Source: an uncultured Actinomycetes bacterium (lineage in GTDB: Bacteria > Actinomycetota > Actinomycetes > S36-B12 > CAIYMF01). From it: a DNA stretch of 32,000 nucleotides. The first letter of the stretch is position 1. The number at the start of each line of letters is the position of its first letter. The notes below the pieces were generated by a model. It searched no databases. It was not told the DNA's origin and worked only from the letters and a program-made list of their open reading frames with translations. This document shows positions 28,875 through 32,000 of the stretch, in pieces. The position numbers and the translations under genes were made by a program. Location: contig CAWJMG010000003.1 of assembly GCA_963843975.1 (NCBI GenBank), forward strand, positions 1,530,001 through 1,562,000, written 5' to 3'.

Positions 28875-30204
28875 CCCAGGTCGCGACCAGCGCGGCCGGG
28901 GCGGTCAGGGAGCGGCGGCCGTCGACTCGTCGGGAAGAGCTTCCGGACGACCGACGCTCGAGCCTGAGGCGGCGGCGCAGGTGGGCGAAGAGGCCGTGCT
29001 CGTCGACGTAGGCCGCGTACGCGACGTAGACGGGATCCCGCTTCAGGTGGCGCTCCTCGGTCCGCGCCCGCAGGTAGTAGATCCCGTTGACGCCGGCGAG
29101 GAGCAGGCTCGAGCGGAGCGCCAGGGCCCAGTCGCCGCGGGTCAGGAACGGCACGGAGATGAGCCACCAGGTCAGGTTCTTCGACAGGTACGCCGGGTGC
29201 TTCACCCAACGGAAGGGCCCACCGGTGAGGATGCCGCGGTGGGTGAGGTTGGAGAACCTCGTGCCGAACATCGTGGTGCCCCACACGTAGACCACGAGCA
29301 GCGCGAGGATCGCGCTCCCCCAGACGACGTAGAGCCATTGCGTGCCGCCGACGAAGTCGGCCCAGTAGAGGTCGTCCTCGTCGTAGTTGAGGTACTGCCA
29401 GGTGAGGGCGCTGAAGATCGGGGGGTAGCACACGAGGCACACGAGCCAGCCCGAGACCGTGGGGTCGACCGAGCGGATGTGGCTGTCGAGGAGCCGGAGC
29501 GTCAGCACGTAGCCGACGACGGCCGGGATGAGGTCCCAGAGGTAGAAGAGGTTGTAGGCGAGGCTGTAGAAGCTGTGGAAGCTGTCGAACCCGCCCGCGG
29601 CGACGGCGGCGCGTGCCGACTCCATGTTGTTCGTCAGGAACACGAACATGATCGGGATGAAGAAAGCCTTGACCAGCCACCCCTGACCCAGCAGGACGAG
29701 CCTCGAGCGGTCCTGCGGCACATGCCCGGTCATCGCCCGGTACAGGTCGACGTAGCCATCCTCAGGCTCGATCTGACGCCGGTCGACGTAGGCGACGTAG
29801 AACGGCGAGACGAGCAGGAGCCAGGGCAGGACGAACAGCGCCGCCTGCTTGAACGGCAGATAGAAGTCGCGGCCGTACTCCGGGATGAGCCAGAAGTACA
29901 CGATCATCATCGCGAGCACGATCACCCAGAAGGCGACCAGCTTCTCCAGCACCCTCCGCACCGCCGGGCGGTTGACCGGTTTCGGTGCGAGCCCCGTCGA
30001 GGGCAGCCGGTGGACGCGGTTCCACAGGATCTCTATCAGCACCATGGCCACGGCGGTCGCGAGGGAGACCACCAGGGAGCGCTGGTACGGCTCGATGGGC
30101 CAGTCGGTCGAGAGGAACACGGTGGTCGTGCCGACCACCAGCCCGACGAGCCCGGCGAGCAGCCCGGTCGCCGATTCCGGCCTCTCCGTCATGCCGCCGA
30201 TCAT
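28735..30204 (-). CDS. Polytopic (~10 TM) membrane protein with a C-terminal ICMT/PEMT-family methyltransferase domain
   Basis: About 10 hydrophobic helices by eye. The C-terminal catalytic signature is NLTHRGILTGGPFRWVKHPAYLSKNLTWW...RTEERHL. The last ~55 codons are Arg/Ser-rich and overlap the convergent ATP-grasp gene by 140 nt. The true stop is probably at 28905 (see findings). Confidence 0.75.
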   Translation of the reverse strand: MIGGMTERPESATGLLAGLVGLVVGTTTVFLSTDWPIEPYQRSLVVSLATAVAMVLIEILWNRVHRLPSTGLAPKPVNRPAVRRVLEKLVAFWVIVLAMMIVYFWLIPEYGRDFYLPFKQAALFVLPWLLLVSPFYVAYVDRRQIEPEDGYVDLYRAMTGHVPQDRSRLVLLGQGWLVKAFFIPIMFVFLTNNMESARAAVAAGGFDSFHSFYSLAYNLFYLWDLIPAVVGYVLTLRLLDSHIRSVDPTVSGWLVCLVCYPPIFSALTWQYLNYDEDDLYWADFVGGTQWLYVVWGSAILALLVVYVWGTTMFGTRFSNLTHRGILTGGPFRWVKHPAYLSKNLTWWLISVPFLTRGDWALALRSSLLLAGVNGIYYLRARTEERHLKRDPVYVAYAAYVDEHGLFAHLRRRLRLERRSSGSSSRRVDGRRSLTAPAALVATWVRGPVSGRAARWHRPSRPGARADRSPPSSPTRATDVAATRGRRPCG

Positions 30205-30316
30205 GGCAGGGGCATCGCCCGACCTCCGGGACGCTCACTCGGTCGAGTGGCCCGCGACCTGATGCCGACCCGAACCCGCCTAGGCTCCGGGACCGGGTCG
30301 GTGCAGGGAGGCATCC

Positions 30317-31480
30317 GTGGAGACGCACGTCAGCACCACGACGCGTCCGCGCGTGGTGATCGTCGACGTCCACGCATCCGACTCCTTCCGCGAGTTCGCC
30401 TCGGCGCTGCGCACGCGCGGCGTCGACGTGATCCACCTGCGGCCGCCGTACTCAGGGCGGGGCAGCGGGTTCAAGAAGAGGGCCGACGCCCTGGCGGGAC
30501 CTGTGGTGCCGCTCGAGGTCGACCTGTCGGGCGACAGCCCGCAGGCAGAGGACGTCCGGCGACAGGTGCTGGGCGCACCGACGGTCGACGTGCACGCCAC
30601 CGAGCCGGTCCTCGCGTCGCTGAGCCAGACGCCCGAGTGGCGGGCGAATCCCGCCCTGCGCAAGGTCGGTCCCGACCGGACGCTGCTGCAGGTGCTGGAC
30701 AAGTGGGAGGCGTCCCGGCTCGCGCACGACGCCGGCGTACGGGTGCCGCAGGCATGGACCAGCCTCGAGACCGACGAGTTCCCCATCATGGTGAAGGGCC
30801 GTCTCGGGGTGGGCGGCATGTTCGTCCGCATCGCGCACGACCAGGAGGAGCTGGCGCAGGCGGTGGGCGACTTCCGGTCCGACGGCGTCGAGCCCTTCCT
30901 CGAGCGCCACCACCCGCACGTGACCGGAGTCGGCACGGGCGGTGTGTGCCGCGACGGGCGGCTCCTGGCACTCGCGACGTACGAGCGGCTGCACGACCCC
31001 GAGCAGCCCCTAGCGCCGTCGATCGCCGTCCGCGCGTACCACTCGGCGGAGGCCGAGGAGGCGACCGAGCGGCTCATGGCCGCGATCGGCTACACGGGGA
31101 TCTTCTGCCTCAACTTCGTGCCGGACGCCGAGGGCCGCCCGCTGCTGATCGACATCAACACCCGCGCCTTCGGCACCTGGGCCAGCCTGGACCTGCTGGG
31201 CGTGCGCATCCTCGACAGCTATCTGGAGCTGATCGGGGTCGGCCCCAGCGCACCGCCGGAGCAGCTGGACCCGGCACGCTGGCTCACCGTGGCGCGGGTC
31301 GGCCACGTCGCGGGCGGCTCCTGGCGCGAGGCCTGGGACGAGACACGGACCATGGGCCGGGTCGTCCTCGAGCAGCGCCCGTTGCTCGGCTGGGGGTGGA
31401 CGGCGGCTACCGGGCTGCGCGTGGTGCAGACCGGCATCCAGAGCGCTGCAGCCGTCCTGCGCTCGCGCCGCCGCGGGTGA
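30317..31480 (+). CDS. ATP-grasp domain protein, paralog 2 (387 aa), substrate unknown
   Basis: Aligns by eye without gaps to the 27711..28874 product at roughly half identical positions (PRVVIVDV, VKGRLGVGG, AAIGYTGIFCLNFVPD, LLIDINTRAFG, LGWGWTAATGLRV). GTG start with AGGGAGG upstream. Confidence 0.75.
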   Translation: METHVSTTTRPRVVIVDVHASDSFREFASALRTRGVDVIHLRPPYSGRGSGFKKRADALAGPVVPLEVDLSGDSPQAEDVRRQVLGAPTVDVHATEPVLASLSQTPEWRANPALRKVGPDRTLLQVLDKWEASRLAHDAGVRVPQAWTSLETDEFPIMVKGRLGVGGMFVRIAHDQEELAQAVGDFRSDGVEPFLERHHPHVTGVGTGGVCRDGRLLALATYERLHDPEQPLAPSIAVRAYHSAEAEEATERLMAAIGYTGIFCLNFVPDAEGRPLLIDINTRAFGTWASLDLLGVRILDSYLELIGVGPSAPPEQLDPARWLTVARVGHVAGGSWREAWDETRTMGRVVLEQRPLLGWGWTAATGLRVVQTGIQSAAAVLRSRRRG

Positions 31481-31481
31481 T

Positions 31482-31510
31482 CCGGCCGGGCGCGGTGAGC
31501 GCCCGACCGG
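31482..31510. terminator. Stem-loop between the convergent ATP-grasp-2 and PadR genes (candidate bidirectional terminator)
   Basis: GGGCGC (31488-31493) / GCGCCC (31499-31504) with a 5-nt loop. Extended by CCGG/CCGG after a 2-nt internal mismatch. Confidence 0.4.
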
Positions 31511-31519
31511 ACCGACGGG

Positions 31520-32000
31520 TCATGACCCGTCCTCGTCCTCCGCGAGCAGGCGGTAGAGGTCGCGGCGCGCGGTCTTGAGGACCTCGCGCGCGGCCGCCAG
31601 CTGCTCGGGCGTGCCGGCCTGCACGACCTGGAAGGCCGCGCCCGCGACGCCGGCGATGAGCTGGCGCAGGTCGGTCACCCCCTCGTCCTCGGCCTCGGCC
31701 GAGTTCAGGTCGAACACCTTCGCGAGCTCGTCCGTGCGCTCCGCGACGTAGGCCGTGCCGGCCGGGGTGAGCGAGAAGACCCGCTTGCCCTCGACCTTCT
31801 CGTCGTCCACGAGGCCCTCGTCCTGCAGGACCGAGAGGGCCGGGTACACCGAGCCGGGGCTGGGCTTCCATGCCCCACCGCTGCGCTCGCTGATCTCCTG
31901 GATGACCTGGTAGCCGTGACGGGGCTCCTCGGCGAGGAGCGCGAGGATGGCGGTGCGGACGTCGCCGCGACCCGCCCGTCCAGCGCGTCCCCCGCGACCG
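31520..32000 (-). CDS. PadR-family transcriptional regulator (5' end outside the window)
   Basis: Hand translation continues upstream of the track ORF: ...GRGDVRTAILALLAEEPRHGYQVIQEISERSGGAWKPSPGSVYPALSVLQDEGLV..., the PadR winged-helix signature. The frame is open to the window end. Confidence 0.85.
   Translation of the reverse strand, partial: GRGGRAGRAGRGDVRTAILALLAEEPRHGYQVIQEISERSGGAWKPSPGSVYPALSVLQDEGLVDDEKVEGKRVFSLTPAGTAYVAERTDELAKVFDLNSAEAEDEGVTDLRQLIAGVAGAAFQVVQAGTPEQLAAAREVLKTARRDLYRLLAEDEDGS

Noticed and set aside
27562-31519. Graspetide/microviridin-type RiPP cluster (two ATP-grasp ligases plus a methyltransferase)
   Set aside because: I found no plausible short precursor-peptide ORF in the small intergenic gaps (27562-27710, 30205-30316, 31481-31519). 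The ATP-grasp proteins are 387 aa with a pre-ATP-grasp domain rather than the compact RimK-like maturases. The methyltransferase is a membrane ICMT type, not the PIMT type. The possibility remains untested.
28837-31578. 913-aa plus-strand ORF spanning the ICMT gene and ATP-grasp paralog 2
   Set aside because: It is extremely Arg/Pro/Gly/Ala-rich with no recognisable motifs. It runs antisense to a well-supported membrane gene and out of frame with the ATP-grasp gene. This is the typical stop-codon-poor artefact of very GC-rich DNA.

Overview
This is a very GC-rich, actinobacterial-type chromosomal window that is almost entirely coding: about 29 protein genes and one tRNA. I saw no CRISPR array, transposase, integrase or phage genes.

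**Left third.** A partial thiolase, two adjacent LLM-type flavin oxidoreductases, and a divergent GAF/PucR regulator. The regulator is followed by a dihydroxypyridine-hydroxylase-like FAD monooxygenase, a Zn-dependent alcohol dehydrogenase (ADH) and a gamma-glutamyltransferase.

**Centre.** A tightly coupled nine-gene minus-strand operon: HisD-like dehydrogenase, APH-fold kinase, class-III aminotransferase/phospho-lyase-like enzyme with an M23-like N-domain, PxpA/B/C, biotin carboxyl carrier protein (BCCP), biotin carboxylase, and a short-chain dehydrogenase/reductase (SDR). It is divergent from a LacI-type regulator with palindromic operators. A four-gene minus-strand operon follows (3-hydroxyacyl-CoA dehydrogenase, rhodanese, ketopantoate-reductase family, MBL lactonase-like).

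**Right.** An SDR, ettA, an ssb paralog and tRNA-Arg(TCT). Next comes the most unusual locus: two colinear 387-aa ATP-grasp paralogs bracketing a roughly 10-TM ICMT-family methyltransferase. A partial PadR regulator ends the window.

**Main oddity.** There are at least six frame breaks (thiolase, pxpA x2, LacI-type regulator, 3-hydroxyacyl-CoA dehydrogenase x2) plus a probable C-terminal read-through in the ICMT gene. Six of these seven sites are explained by one duplicated base in or beside the hexamer GGAGCT. This points to a motif-linked consensus error or a mutational hotspot rather than random decay.
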